A stretch of 64,000 bases of DNA, taken from assembly GCF_009914755.1 (NCBI RefSeq), contig NC_060932.1; one strand, written 5' to 3'. Of this stretch, positions 1 through 17,590 are shown in pieces (position 1 is the first letter of the stretch; every line of letters begins with the position of its first letter). The stretch comes from the human T2T-CHM13v2.0 reference genome, Homo sapiens. Under the pieces are notes generated by a model. The model did no database searches, was not told where the DNA came from, and saw only the letters and a list, made by a program, of their open reading frames with translations. A program made the translations under genes and the position numbers.

Positions 1-533
1 TACAGGCCTGTGCAACCATGCCTGGCTAATTTTTGTATTTTTAGTAGAGACAGGGTTTCACCATGTTGGCCAGGCTGGTCTCCAACTCCTGACCTCAAGT
101 GATTTGCTCACCTCGGCATCCTGAAGTGCTGGGATTACAGGCCTGAGCCACCGTGCCAGACTTGTTTCCTCTTCCTCTAATGAAAGATGTCTAATAACTT
201 TTCCAATATCTTCTATGATAATGGACCATTCAGATTTTCCATTTTCTTTTGGGTCATTTCTGGTAATTTACATGCTACTGGAAGTTACCCATTTCCTCTA
301 GATCTTCATATTTGCTGCCACATAATTTTGTGAAGTTAACATTTATATCTTTAATCTCTCCTGTATTCACGGTTATATCTTTCTTATTCTTTTTATTTTT
401 ACTTTCCCTCTTTTCAATTTTTTATTTTAATTTTTGTGGGTACATAGCAAGTGTATATATTTATGGAGTACACGAGATGTTTTGATGCAGGCATGCAGTG
501 CATAATAATCACATCGTGTAAAATCGGGTATCT

Positions 534-921
<388 letters not shown>

Positions 922-927
922 TTATTA

Positions 928-1233
928 ATTTTTATTTTATTTATTTATTTTTGAGATGGAGTATCACTCTGTCGCTCAGGCCAGAGTACAGTGGCGTGAT
1001 CTGGGCTCACTGCAACCTCTGCCTCCTGGGTTCTAGCAATTCTTCTGCCTCAGCTTCCCGAGTAGCTCAGATTACAGGTGCCAGCCACCACGCCTGGCTA
1101 ATTTTTGTATTTTAGTAGAGATGGGGTTTCACCATGTTGGTCAGGCTGGTCTCAAACTCCTGCCCTCAAATGATCTTTCTGCCTTGGCCTCTCAAAGTGC
1201 TGGGATTATAGGCGTAAGCCACCGTGCCCTGCC
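928..1233 (-). mobile_element. Alu
   Basis: Reverse-complement Alu consensus with T-rich tail on the left. Confidence 0.93.
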
Positions 1234-2285
1234 CCTCTTTTAGTATTTTTTTAAATGTACAATTAAATTATTATTGACCATAGTCACCCTGTTGTGCTAC
1301 CAAATACTAGGTCTTATTCATTCTTTCTATTTTTTTGTACTTATTAACTCTCCCCATCTCCCTTACTTTCTCTCTTTTTTGCTTGATCAGTTTTCAATTT
1401 CACTTTTTATTGTTATTTTCATTTTCTCTTCTTCAATTTCTTTTTTTTTCTTATTAAGCTAAATACGTAGCTCCTTATGTACTTAATCAAGAGACTTTTT
1501 GTGGAGCGGGGGATTAGGTTTAGGGTGTATTAGTATATGAATATGAAATATCAGTATATTAATAGAAAAAATATCAGTAAGCTGAGAAAATTCATTAGGT
1601 CTAATTAGCCAAACGTACAATGTTCAGTAGTCACTTCATATTCTTCTCTGCTTGTTTATATGTGTGCAGAAAAGGCTGAGAGGTGGACTGAGTAGAAGCT
1701 CAGGGGTAGTTTGGCAGCCGTAGGAAGAGATGGCAATGGATGTTTATTAGGGAAATGAGAAAAAATGAAAGCGGGAACTTCAACATCCTCATGGGTTGAG
1801 GCTTTTTGGGAACTTCCGGGAGACGAAAGTGTTCAAAGAGGGCTACTTGGGAGTTAGAAACAATTAAGTAATGGCAATTTAAGTCTGAATGGGAGGAGAA
1901 CATTCCGCTCACACACACAATTAGTCTTACTATTATTCACTGATAATTTAAGAATAATCCTGGGAATTATTTTAATAGGAAATGTCCAAATGTTTTTCCC
2001 AAAGTGTTTTCAAGGCTTAGGAAAAGATCATTAACATTATCATAGCTTATGAATCTCATCTTGTATTTTTATTATTCATAGAATCCTTATGATCTTAATT
2101 GAGGTATTTTTTGGGGGAGAGGGTATATACGTTTTTACCTAAGTTCTAATATTTTCTCAATTTTGTTTTGTCCTCCAGAAAATTGGAGAAAAGACAGCTT
2201 TCAGACCGGAATCTAATTTTTTCCCAGCATTTGATTAGAAAAAACTTCAAACATACAGGAAATTCGTAAGACATGTACAGTAAAT

Positions 2286-2770
2286 GGCTGGGTGCGGTGG
2301 CTCACACCTGCAATCCCAGCACTTTGGGAGGCTGAGGTGGGAGGATCACTTGATCCCAAGAGTTAGAGACTAGCCTGGACAACATGGTGAAACCATGTCT
2401 CTACTAAAAATACAAAAATTAGCCAGGTGTGGTGGTGCGTGCCTGTAGTCCCAGCTACTTGGGAGGCTGAGACACAAGAATTGCTTGAACCTGGGAGGCA
2501 GAGGCTGCAGTGAGTGTCACTGCACTCCAGCCTGGGTGACAGAGCGATACTTCATTTCAAAATAAATAAATAAAAATAAAAATTAGCCGGGTGTGGTGGT
2601 ACACACCTGTAGTCCAGCTACTCAGGATGCTGAGGTGGGAGGATGGCTTGTGCAGCACAGCAGGTGGAGCCTGCAGTGAGCCACTGAACTCCAGCCTGGC
2701 CAACAGAGAGAGGCCCTGTCTCCAAAAAATATAAAAAATAAAAAATAGAAGAATAAGAGAGAAAAGAAAA
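2286..2770 (+). mobile_element. Alu plus an additional right monomer
   Basis: Full Alu at 2286-2580 followed directly by a second right arm and A-rich tail. Confidence 0.9.
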
Positions 2771-3620
2771 AATAAATGTACAATAAACACCTATATACCC
2801 ACCACCCAGATTCTATAATCAGAACCTAACTTTTACTAGCTAGAATTAACATTTGTCTAGACCTACAAGTGATATTGAGTAGTGATAGCTCTATCATAAT
2901 TACATAGACGTACTCTGTTTCTGCTGGTAAGCCCAGTGCTTCATAAGAGTTTTGTACTGTGGCCAATTTCATGAGTGTTTTAAACAAGCCAACACAGGTC
3001 AGCTGTTAGCTGGGTGGAGGAGCTTCTAGAGAGTTCTTCCCAGCTTAAAAAAACAAAATTTCAAAGTCATCTGGCATGCTGCCTAAAGACACCCACAGCT
3101 TTTGGCTCTTAGAAGCAGGTGATGTCCATAAGCATAACCTTGGATTTCTGGTTGTGCAACAAGGAGCAACTGCCACCTCTCTGGGGCAGAAGGTGACAGA
3201 GACAGTGACAAGAGGAGGGGTAGCTGGAATTCATATCCCTTCACATCAGTTTCACTAAAAGTTCCACCCTGCAATTGGTGGCCATGGTCCCGACAGAGAG
3301 CCCTGTCCTCTTCTACAAATTCACACAATCTTCTGTATGTTTTCTAGAGCCATTAAAGCTTTTTTAAAAGGAGCACTGTTCTTTGAAATCTAAGGAAAAC
3401 TGGCAATCATCTCTCTAAGCCAGTTCCAAGTACCGTATATATATCTCAAGCCATAATAATTACTTCATTTTGGCAAAACATCATCTATCCTTGGCTTATT
3501 TCTTTTCCTGGAACGTCTTTGCTTAAGAATAGAGTCAGGAGCAAAGGATGTGTGCTCATAGGTAAGCTAGCTCCTTCTCACAGAAAAACCAACCAAAAAA
3601 CAAAACCAAAGAAGAGTCCT

Positions 3621-3656
3621 ATTTCTTCTCAGCCTTTTGGCTCCGATCAAGCGTCG
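3621..3656 (+). pseudogene. 3'-truncated U2 snRNA retro-pseudogene (U2 nt ~1-36)
   Basis: ATTTCTTCTCAGCCTTTTGGCTCCGATCAAGCGTCG vs U2 5' end ATCGCTTCTCGGCCTTTTGGCTAAGATCAAGTGTAG: 29/36 identical and ungapped, starting at U2 nt 1. Confidence 0.8.
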
Positions 3657-3744
3657 AAAAGAGGCTTTGTGGTTGAATGAAATCCATACCATGTTCATCC
3701 TGTTAAAAACAGGTGTTATTTCCCCAAATGCTAAAGCTCTTTAG

Positions 3745-4069
<325 letters not shown>

Positions 4070-4204
4070 TGAATACGCAATTTTGAACAGGAATGGAGTA
4101 CTTGGGTGAATATGAAAATAACACATTTAGAATGGGGCTGGTATTTTTAAATTCTAAAAGTTTTATTCTCTTTTGCCTTTCTGAGTACATGACCATCACT
4201 CTAG

Positions 4205-4360
4205 AACAAGGATCAGCAAACATTTCTGTAAAGGTCCATTTAGTCAATAATTTTGGTTGTTGCAAGTACTCAACTCTGCCATAGTAGCAGAGAAGCAGCC
4301 ATAGACAACACAAACAAATGAGCTTGGCTGGACTCCAATCAAACTTTAGTTATGGACTGA
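4205..4360. mobile_element. MER58-like hAT-Charlie relic
   Basis: cagcaaacatttctgtaaagg...actcaactctgccatagtagc...gcagccatagacaa matches the recalled MER58 consensus. Confidence 0.6.
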
Positions 4361-4669
4361 GATGAAGACTACATCAGCTATACCTGCTATACTTTGCAAC
4401 TGTTTCCTCAAAGGTAATCTAGTTCTCAACCTTTAGACACCTTTTATTCAATTCATGAAACCATAGGATGACAGACAGTCATACTGAGCCTGAATTTTCA
4501 CCATAATTTTAAAAGTAATAAGTAGGGTAGAGGTTAAAAACTTAAGTTTTAGAGTCAGTCAGAAGTGAATTCAAATCCAGACTCTGTGGCTTTCTTAGTT
4601 GTGTTATATCAGGTAAACTGAAGAATGTTTCTACGTTTCTTCATTTGTGAAATAGGGAAATTGTTTTGA

Positions 4670-5430
<761 letters not shown>

Positions 5431-6229
5431 TCAATAGTCCATTTCACTGATTATATACCATTTTGTAACTAGGAAAATTTCCCTAATGTCATGTTTGTTT
5501 AATGTGAGATCCCTATGATTAATGTGATATAATAATAGATGGGTTATACAGCAGGCTCCTTGAATGACAGCTGGCTCCGTCCGTCTCGGCACCACAGGAA
5601 GGCAGGAAAGAAGTGTATCTTTTCATCTCTAACTTGCCACTGTCACTACCTTTACATATCTGTGGGCTAATAGCATTTGTGCATATATATTTTAAAAATT
5701 AATATTTATTAAAGCACTAAAAATGAGTTCAGATGCTTTATGGAGAGTGGCACATCTCATTAGACAGTGTTCAAGCAAATGCAACTTTATTTCAAAGTTC
5801 TTTTTTCTTTACAGGTAAAGACATAGTATAAACGGCAAAATTCAAAAGGTGCAGAAGATTCTAGTACGGTGAAAAGCAAGTTTTCTTTCTCTCCTCCACT
5901 CCTAGTCCCACAGTGACCATCCTAAGAAGCAACCACTTCCAGAGATGCAAACACACATACCACATACACACAGCCCTACTCACACTCTTCTGCACTTTAT
6001 TACTTAGAATACACCGGAAAATTTCCACGTCTCAGCAAATACAGCTGCCCTGTACTCTTTAATGGCAGCTTAGTGTTCCCTCAGAGGGATGCGCCCCATA
6101 TCATTCACCCAGCCCCCAGGGACGGGCTTTTAGGTTGTTTCCAGCTGCTTGCTCTTACAAGCAACATTGCAACGCTGCCCTGTTACTTTTAATCTTCTTT
6201 ATCCTGTGATTCCGTTCTGCTTTTCCTTC

Positions 6230-7310
6230 CAGCACGACTGCAAAGTGACTGCGGGGTTTTCCCGAGTGCCCTCGCCCCAGACCTCAGCGAGTTATTTGTG
6301 GAGTCACCGGGTCCTGCTCCGCATTGTTATTCGAAGTCTCCCCGGGACAGCGGGGAGCAGGCGGAGCTGCGTGTCCCGGCCTGCGCGTCTGGGCCCAGGC
6401 GGGCGCGCGTCGCGCTCGGATTTCGGGCGGATAGTGCGTGGGAGGCGGCGCTGCCCTCCGTATGCAGCGCGCGTGCAGCCAAGGCGGCGCTGCGATCTGC
6501 GGCCTGGGGCCCTGGTGTGAAACTCCCGCGGAGACGCTCCCAGCCCCGGGCCGCAGCTCGCCCCTGCACGGAGGGAGGTGTCTAAAGGTGTCTCTTAGGA
6601 ACAGGCACAACCCGAGCAGCCGGGCCCCAGAACAATGGGTGCTTTCAGCCGCCCCTTTAGATGCCTGGCCCGTCACCATGGCAACCACCCCATTATTGAA
6701 AGTCAGTGCCGGTCCCCGCCTTAGACGCTCTCCTCCCGGGCTCCCCTCCCCCGCCGGCCCCGCCGTATGGTGTGTGTGTCACTGGCAGCTGTTGTCAAAA
6801 GAAGGCACCTCTTTGTCTCCAGGGGATGAAAGCCATTTGGTTTCCAGCGCCACCCTTTCTCTCCGCCCGGCAACTTTTCTCCGCGTCCCGTCCCCAAGGC
6901 GTCCCTGGATGCGCGCGCTCGGCCCCGCGCCCGCCACCCGCGCTGAGTGCTGGTATCCTCCCCATCACTCAGCCCAGAGCCGTTCTGCCTCTGCCTCAAA
7001 CTCTCAGAGTCCTTATAAGTCTTATTCTCAAGAGTTGTGTCCCAGCGAAGGGAATCCGCCTTGGAAATCGCGGCTTCCTCCTTGCACGCCGCTCGCTGTT
7101 TCAGCGCAAGCCGGATCTCCCCTCACACCCAACAGCACCACCTTCCGAGACTAGCGGCTCATTACCGCCCAGTCCCCGCGGCCGGCGCAAGAACTCCTCG
7201 CCGGGCCCCATTCCAGGCTGGGTCGGGTCTTTAGAATAAGGACCAGTTGTGTGTCTCCCTGTCGCTGGCAGCGGATCACTTTCTGGCTGAAGAAAAGACA
7301 AAACGACGAG
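6230..7310. promoter_or_regulatory. Orphan CpG island / probable promoter with RFX X-box
   Basis: High GC with dense CpG and no repeat signature; X-box GTCACCATGGCAAC at 6672-6685; GC boxes. Confidence 0.8.
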
Positions 7311-8479
7311 GGAAACAATAGGACCTGTATGTTTTACACACAGTTCTCATTCGAAATGTATCATGATCATATTTTTAAAGATGCGTGTTACCTTTCATAA
7401 ATACTTAAATAAAACTTACTTTCTGTTGTCTGCGGAGGAACTTGATAAACATTAAAAAAGCAAGAATATCTTTGGTGGCCATGTGTCTGGGATGTGGGGT
7501 TCACCTATCATCTGCCCCAGGGATCCTAAGAGGGGAACAGATGGTGTTTTCAAAACCTATCTGGAAATAAAAAAGGTTACGGTGCTGAGAGGAAGAGCAG
7601 AGTCCAAGAGGAGGGGGCTGTGAGAGAGAAACGCAGAGAGAGGATAAAGCTAGGACTTCCAGTTATTCTGTAAAGACAAACTTGAGATGCTGTGTGGGTA
7701 GGAAAAATAGAGGCGTCATAAAACTTCACTGATACTGAAAAGTGTAACTACTAGAGGAAGAAATTTAAGGATAATTTGTTCAGAACTCAGTCTATATTTT
7801 CAAATAAAGTTTAAAAATAATTACCAAATGATAAACACATTTTTAAAACTTTGTAAATGCTAAAAGTATGACAAGTAAAGAAAAGCAGGTGACTGACAAG
7901 AGGTAAGTTGTTCTGGTCTTTGCTTTCAATAACTATCCGTTCCATTTGATAAACAGGATGCAGGCGAGTCTGACACACAGGAAACAAGTGTTTGCAAAGC
8001 CCAGGGGTGTGTTTCCCTCTGCGTACAAGTGTTATCTGAGTAACTGTCTAGAAAATAGTAAGTATGTTACCCTGAAAACGTTTCCTGACAGTCCAACCTC
8101 TTTTCCTTTCCGATAAATTCTGGAGAAAATTCTGTCATTCTTCCATGAGATTTGATGAGTATTTCTCCAGTCATTTCAAATGAGGGTTTATTATGCAGTG
8201 TCAAAATTTGAAACGCTAGTTATTTAATGCGATGGGTTTGGTAAAAAGTGCGTAAGATTGTTATTACCAAGTAAAAGCAATTTTCCATATCTGATGGTAA
8301 TCTCTGATTTTTAACCAATAAATGCGTCATTTTATTTTGTTGAAGTCACACATGGAACTATGTAGAAGTGAGCTCCACGGAACTCAGGGGCCACCATGGG
8401 AATGAAGACCGAGGCCAAGCAGACATTGCTCCGGAATTCTATTGCTGCGTCCTCTGGAGCACCTCTGCTTGATCTTTTT

Positions 8480-9398
<919 letters not shown>

Positions 9399-9569
9399 TT
9401 AAGTAAAGTCTGTTTTGTGGAACCTTCCTGTTTTCCAGTCCACCTTACCTAAGCCCTCCAATTCTAGACTTTAATTAAAATATTCAGTCTATTCATTGAT
9501 TGTAATCACACTTCACTTTGTTAGTTGCCTATTGGATATCCATTCTCCTGTCTTCCTTATTCACAGAAT

Positions 9570-9985
9570 CCATTTTGGAAGTGGGAGTGGGGGCAGTAAT
9601 GTGCCCAGCTAAGAACAATCCCAGGACCTCCTTTAACATAATATTATCTGAACAAGAGAGTACCAGTGGGATTCAGGAAAAGTCCCTTAAAGGGAGCCTA
9701 TGCAGTTGGCTCACACCCATTTGCTCTTTATCTTTTTTTGCCTGGAATATAGCTTGATGCCTGGAGCCACGGCAACAATGTTATGCACATGAGGATGAAA
9801 GCTCCACCCCCAGGAAGGGTAGGATGACAAGCTAAGAGATGCCTGAGTCCATGATGGAAGCTGCCATTCCAGCTCTGGATTTATGAACTTCTTGACATCT
9901 CATGATGTGGAGAGAAAACTAAACCCCTATCTTGTTTAAGCCAGTGTTATTTGGCTTTTCTGTTACATGTAGCTAAGCATAATCC
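9570..9985 (+). mobile_element. MLT1-family (MaLR) LTR
   Basis: Typical MLT1 3' end aaacccctatcttgtttaagccagtgttatttggcttttctgttacatg. Confidence 0.65.
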
Positions 9986-10002
9986 CCATGGGCTCCAATT
10001 TA

Positions 10003-10329
<327 letters not shown>

Positions 10330-10519
10330 GGTAGGATTAGGAATTCAGTTTTTTAAGGAAAACTTACTAGCTACTCATCTAGTAGCCTGTACATACAAAT
10401 CACAGGGCTGTAGTATAGTAATTCATTCACTTAGTCTTATAATAAAATAATCTCTTCCCCTTACCCCCTGCCTCTGGCTACTATATGTGTATGTCTCTTG
10501 TCCAGATGCTATTATAGAT

Positions 10520-10956
10520 CCATGTATGGTAAGAACTAAACTTTCAAGTGCAACCTTGACATTCTTGAAGATCACAGGGCCTGAATGCTTGTGAATTCCC
10601 CTCATCTTAGCAGACATCCCTGGCTAATTCTGTCAGCAGGACAAGCTGCACCCCATGCAGTTCTCAACCTAATGAGCTTCACCTTCCTATTAGCCTGCGA
10701 AATAATTCAAACAAACCAATCACATGCTCCAATGGGAACCAAGGGCCATCCTGCCCTCTTGTCTCTACCAAGGCTGCCTCTCTGGGGGTTTGCTCTACTC
10801 CAGAATGCAGCCCCCACCATCCACAATCTCCTCCTCCTGCAGCTGTGAGTTTACATTGTGAATAAACTGCTATCAACCTCATCCGTCCAGGGCCAGGTGT
10901 CATGTGTTTGGCTATCTTGTACTTTTTAGGGCAGGGATACCCCTCATTCACCAACA
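10520..10956 (+). mobile_element. Probable solo ERV LTR (family not assigned)
   Basis: TG...CA-like ends, CCAAT, and AATAAA at 10861 followed by a GT-rich U5-like segment. Confidence 0.45.
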
Positions 10957-10999
10957 GTGGAAGGTGATCAGAACAGCCCATGTAAGCCACAAACATTTA

Positions 11000-11582
11000 T
11001 TTATTTAAAATTTTAGATTCAGGGGTACAGGTGCAGGTTTGTTACATGAGTATATTGCATGATGCTGAGGCTTTAATGATCCCGTCAGCCAAGTAGTGAG
11101 CACAGTACCCATAGGTAGTTTTTTGACCCTTGACTTCCTCCCTTTCCCCTGCTTTTGGGATCCCAGTGTTTATTGTTCCCATCTTTGTGTCTGTGTGTAC
11201 CTAACATTTAGCTCCCACTTACAAGTGAAAACATGCAGTATTTGCTTTTCTGTTTCTGCATTAATTTGCTTAGGATAACGGCCTCCAGCTGCATTCATGT
11301 TGCTACAAAGGACATGATTTCACTCTGTTTTATGGCTACATAGTATTCCACGGTGTATATGTACCACATTTTCTTTATCCAATCCACCATTGATGGGCAC
11401 CTAGGTTGATTCCATGTCTTTGCTATTGTGAATAGCACAGTGATGAACATACAAGTGCATATGTCTTTTTGGTAGAACAATTTATTTCCTTTGGGTATAT
11501 GCCCAGTAATGGGATTGCTGGATTGCATGGTAGTGCTATATTAAGTTCTTTGAGAGATCCCCAAACTGCTTTTCACAGGGCA
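11000..11582 (-). mobile_element. 5'-truncated L1 (L1PA/PB-type) with TSD
   Basis: ORF 11295-11528(-) encodes the L1 ORF2 C-terminus (CTCMFITVLFTIAKTWNQPRCPSMVDWIKKMWYIYT); TSD acaaacattta at 10989 and 11583. Confidence 0.9.
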
Positions 11583-12690
11583 ACAAACATTTACTGAAAC
11601 CTCCTGAGTGCCAGATATTGTGCTAGGCAATGGCTACAAAGGTGAGCAGGACAGACACAGTGCCTGACCTCAGGGGGCACATACTCTAGTGGGGAAGACT
11701 GACAAAGAAGAAAAGACCACAGATAAATAAACACAGTAATTACAAGCTGCGATGGGTATTATAAAGAATAGAGACAGAATACTTAGGGTGGTAGAGGAAG
11801 ACAAAGATGGGGGGTAGATTTAGACAAGGTGCTTAATGGAAGACTCCCTGAGAAGGTACCATAAAGGAAGACTTAAAGGAAGAACAGGAGCTTCCAAGCA
11901 GAGGAAAGAGCATGTTCTAGGCCCAGAGCTGAGAGTGGGGGTGAGTGGTGGAGGGGTGTGGCAAGAGATTCAACTGGAGAGATCGAGAGGACAGATAAGT
12001 GTTAAAGGTAGTCGGGTGTGGTGGCATGCCTGTAGTCCCATTTACTCAGGAGGCTGAAGCGGGAGTATTGCTTGAGTCCAGGAGTTCAAGGCTGCAATGA
12101 GTTATGATCACATCACTGCACTCCAGCCTGGGCAACACAGTGAGACCCTGACTCTAAGCGGGGAAAAAAAAGAAGTAGTAAAGGCATTTTTGATTTAATG
12201 CCATGGGAATGCATTGATGGGTTCCAAGCTGCACATAACTGTTTACAGTTTTAAAAGCTCACTTTTGCTGCTGTATAGAAAATGGATTGGAGGGGTGAGA
12301 GTAGAAATGGGAGACCAGTATGGCAGCGGTTATCATCTTTCAGGGAAGTGGTGATTGTGGCCTGGACTAAAGTGATGACATTGCATTGGAGAGATTCTGA
12401 ATTCCTGATGTACATTGAAGATAGAATCCACAGGGTATGCTTCTGATTACATGAGGGGATGAGGGTAATGGAGGACTTGAGGATGACTCATGGGTTTGAG
12501 TAGCTGGATGGATGGTGGTATTGTTTACTAAGCTGGGGAAAACAGTTGAGGTTGGAGATACATCGAGAGCTGTCATCATTAAAAGGGTATTACACTCATG
12601 AAGCCATCTAGGGAGAGTGCAGAGAAAGAACCGCGGAGCGTCTACTAACAAGCCGCAGAATAATGCCATGCCCCTGAGGTGAGGGTGTGG
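11583..12690 (-). mobile_element. L2 fragment (Alu right arm inserted at ~12010-12172)
   Basis: caacaaacatttactga...tgtgctagg L2 tail and degenerate L2 body. Confidence 0.65.
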
Positions 12691-12930
12691 CCTCATGATT
12701 GGATATTCTTGTGGCTAATCATCTGGGGAAGGGACCATTTGGTGCAATAATTATGTCCCTCAGGAGACTGGAACCAGGAGGCCAGCCTGAGGCCACCAGG
12801 AGAGGGAGGCTGCTGTCTCCTTGTCAGACAAGGTTTGGATTTCAGGAACTCCAGATGGCTTGCCGGGGCTCCTAGGTGAGAGGAGGTACACAGCATCCCT
12901 GTCCCCTGGAAGCAGGTGTGCATCCCATAG

Positions 12931-13975
<1,045 letters not shown>

Positions 13976-15629
13976 TAACATAGAGTACCGCATCTTTGTA
14001 CCCGCAGTGTCCAGGAGGTTGTAAGCACTCCATCACTGTTAGTTTAATAGGTGATTGTTCACTAGACATTGTGAGACACACTGTGGTTTCCCAAAGAGCT
14101 TAGAATCCAGATTTGGTCAGCAGATGCACATGTTGATGCATGGCAGAGTGTGCCCGCTCTGTAGGTTACATGAAAGAGCTGGGAAATGCTCTTTGATCAC
14201 AGAGGAGGGAAACATTACTCCCAGTGTGGGGGCAAGAAGCTTCAAACAGACTTTGTGGAGGAGGAAACATATGGCTGGGCCTTGCGGGCTGGAGCGAATT
14301 TCCAAAATAGGATGAGTAAAAGACAAACATGTGCCAGGTAGAGGGCTCCGTGAGAAGGGAGGCATGAGGAGAAGGCATTCCATTGCTTCAGTGCATGACC
14401 GGTAGTGAGGTGTGTTGCAAGGAGAGCATACGTGTGAACAGGGAGGAAGTGGCAAAGACGCAGAAATGATGTTGCAGCTCTGAAAAAAATGTCTTTCTGG
14501 GTGGGCAAGGCCTCTCTTGTCTCAGACCAAAAATGAAATATAAATAAATAAATAAATAAATAAATGGTTCCCAGTGAATCCTGATAGCTAGGATTAACTT
14601 TTTATGGTAGAAAAATTTCTCAGCAGTGAGAGCTGTTAAACATTAGAATGGTTTGTGAGTGGCAGCTTTAGGAAATCTTTCCCTAGAGATTTTTATGCAC
14701 AAAATAGACTGACTTATCATTTGTCAATGATTTCCTGTGGCCTCTCTTAAAGTCATGGGAAAGTATTACATGAGCTCTCAGATTCTATGTTACTTGATTC
14801 AATTCAACAAACACTTGAGTGTCAACTTGGTTCATGCCCCCAGGCATTGCTATATACTGGATTCATGCGCCCTCCCCGCAAGGGGCCTCTCTTCCAGTGA
14901 TCCCCATCTCAACACATGATGCTTCCATCCATGTCATTGCCCGAATCAGAAACCTACTCTGCCTCACCACTGACATTCCATTAATCCCTAATCCCTATCT
15001 TCTCTGGAAGGTGTCCACTTCTCTCTAATCCCTGCCTCATGGCTCCAGGCACTAGCTCTCTCCTAGGGATTACTGCAATTGTCTAAATAACCTCCCAGCC
15101 TCCAGGCTCAGCCTGTTACAGTCCATCCTGCACACATAGTCTTTCTGAAATGGAAATCTGAAAGTGTGCCACTCTCCTGCTTCACATTTCTTCAATGGGT
15201 TCCTGGGCTTAGAGGTAGGAAGTGTGGAATCTGAGCCATTCTGCTCAGATCTTCCAACGTCCTTGAATCACAGCTTTGCTGTTCGACCTTGGGCAGGTTA
15301 TTTAAGCTGTCTTTGCAGCTTCCTCATCTACGAAAAGGGGATCACAACGGTAATTCATTTTAGAGTAGCTGGGGGGATTAAATGATTTCAGATCCTCCTC
15401 TCTTATGTGAACTCTTAAATTTGGAGTGTCCCTGGAATCTGGTTCTCTTATCTCTCCACACTCCTTCCCTCGGTCATCTCAACAGGTCCTACTACTTTAA
15501 ATATCCATATACTGAAAACACCCAAATTTATATCTCAAGCTCAGCCCACTCTCCTGAACCCTGGACTTATATGTCCAGCTGCCTTCTCAACATCTCCACT
15601 TGGATAGTTAATAGAGCTCACAGATATAT

Positions 15630-16022
15630 TGATATACTTTGGATGTTTGTCCCCTCCAAATCTCATGTTGAAATGTGATCCCCAGTTTTGGAGGTGGGTC
15701 TAGCAGGTGTCATGGGGTTGGATCCCTCGTGAATGGCTTGGTGCCCTCCCCATGGTAATGAGTGAGTTCTCACTCTGTTGGTTTATGAGAGAGCTGGTTG
15801 TTTAAAGGAGCCTGGCACCTCCTCTCTCTCACTCCTGCTTTCACCATGCAACTGCCCGCTCCCCTTTCACCTTCTGCCATGAGTAAAAGCTTCCTGAGGC
15901 CTCACCAGAAGCTGAGCAGATGCTGGTGCCACGCTTGCATAGCCTACAGAACCATGAGCCAAATAAACCTCTTTTTTTTTAATATTATAAATTACCGAGT
16001 CTCAGGTATTCCTTTATAGCAA
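15630..16022 (+). mobile_element. MST (MaLR) LTR, followed by a MER30-like fragment at ~16023-16120
   Basis: tgatatactttggatgtttgtcccctccaaatctcatgttgaaatg...aataaacctc...ctcaggtattcctttatagcaa. Confidence 0.8.
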
Positions 16023-16097
16023 GCTTGTCCAGCCCAAGGCCCATAGGCTGCATGCGGCCCAGGATAGCTCTGAATGCAGCCCAACACAAACTCATAA

Positions 16098-17590
<1,493 letters not shown>

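Noticed and set aside
3083-3328. 81-aa minus-strand ORF as a relic protein exon
   Set aside because: No recognisable homology; its Leu/Ser/Pro stretch is just the pyrimidine tract
6438-7239. Long ORFs (238 aa, 177 aa) in the orphan CpG island
   Set aside because: Non-ATG starts, Pro/Arg/Ala-rich low-complexity products, and several overlapping open frames typical of stop-poor GC-rich DNA
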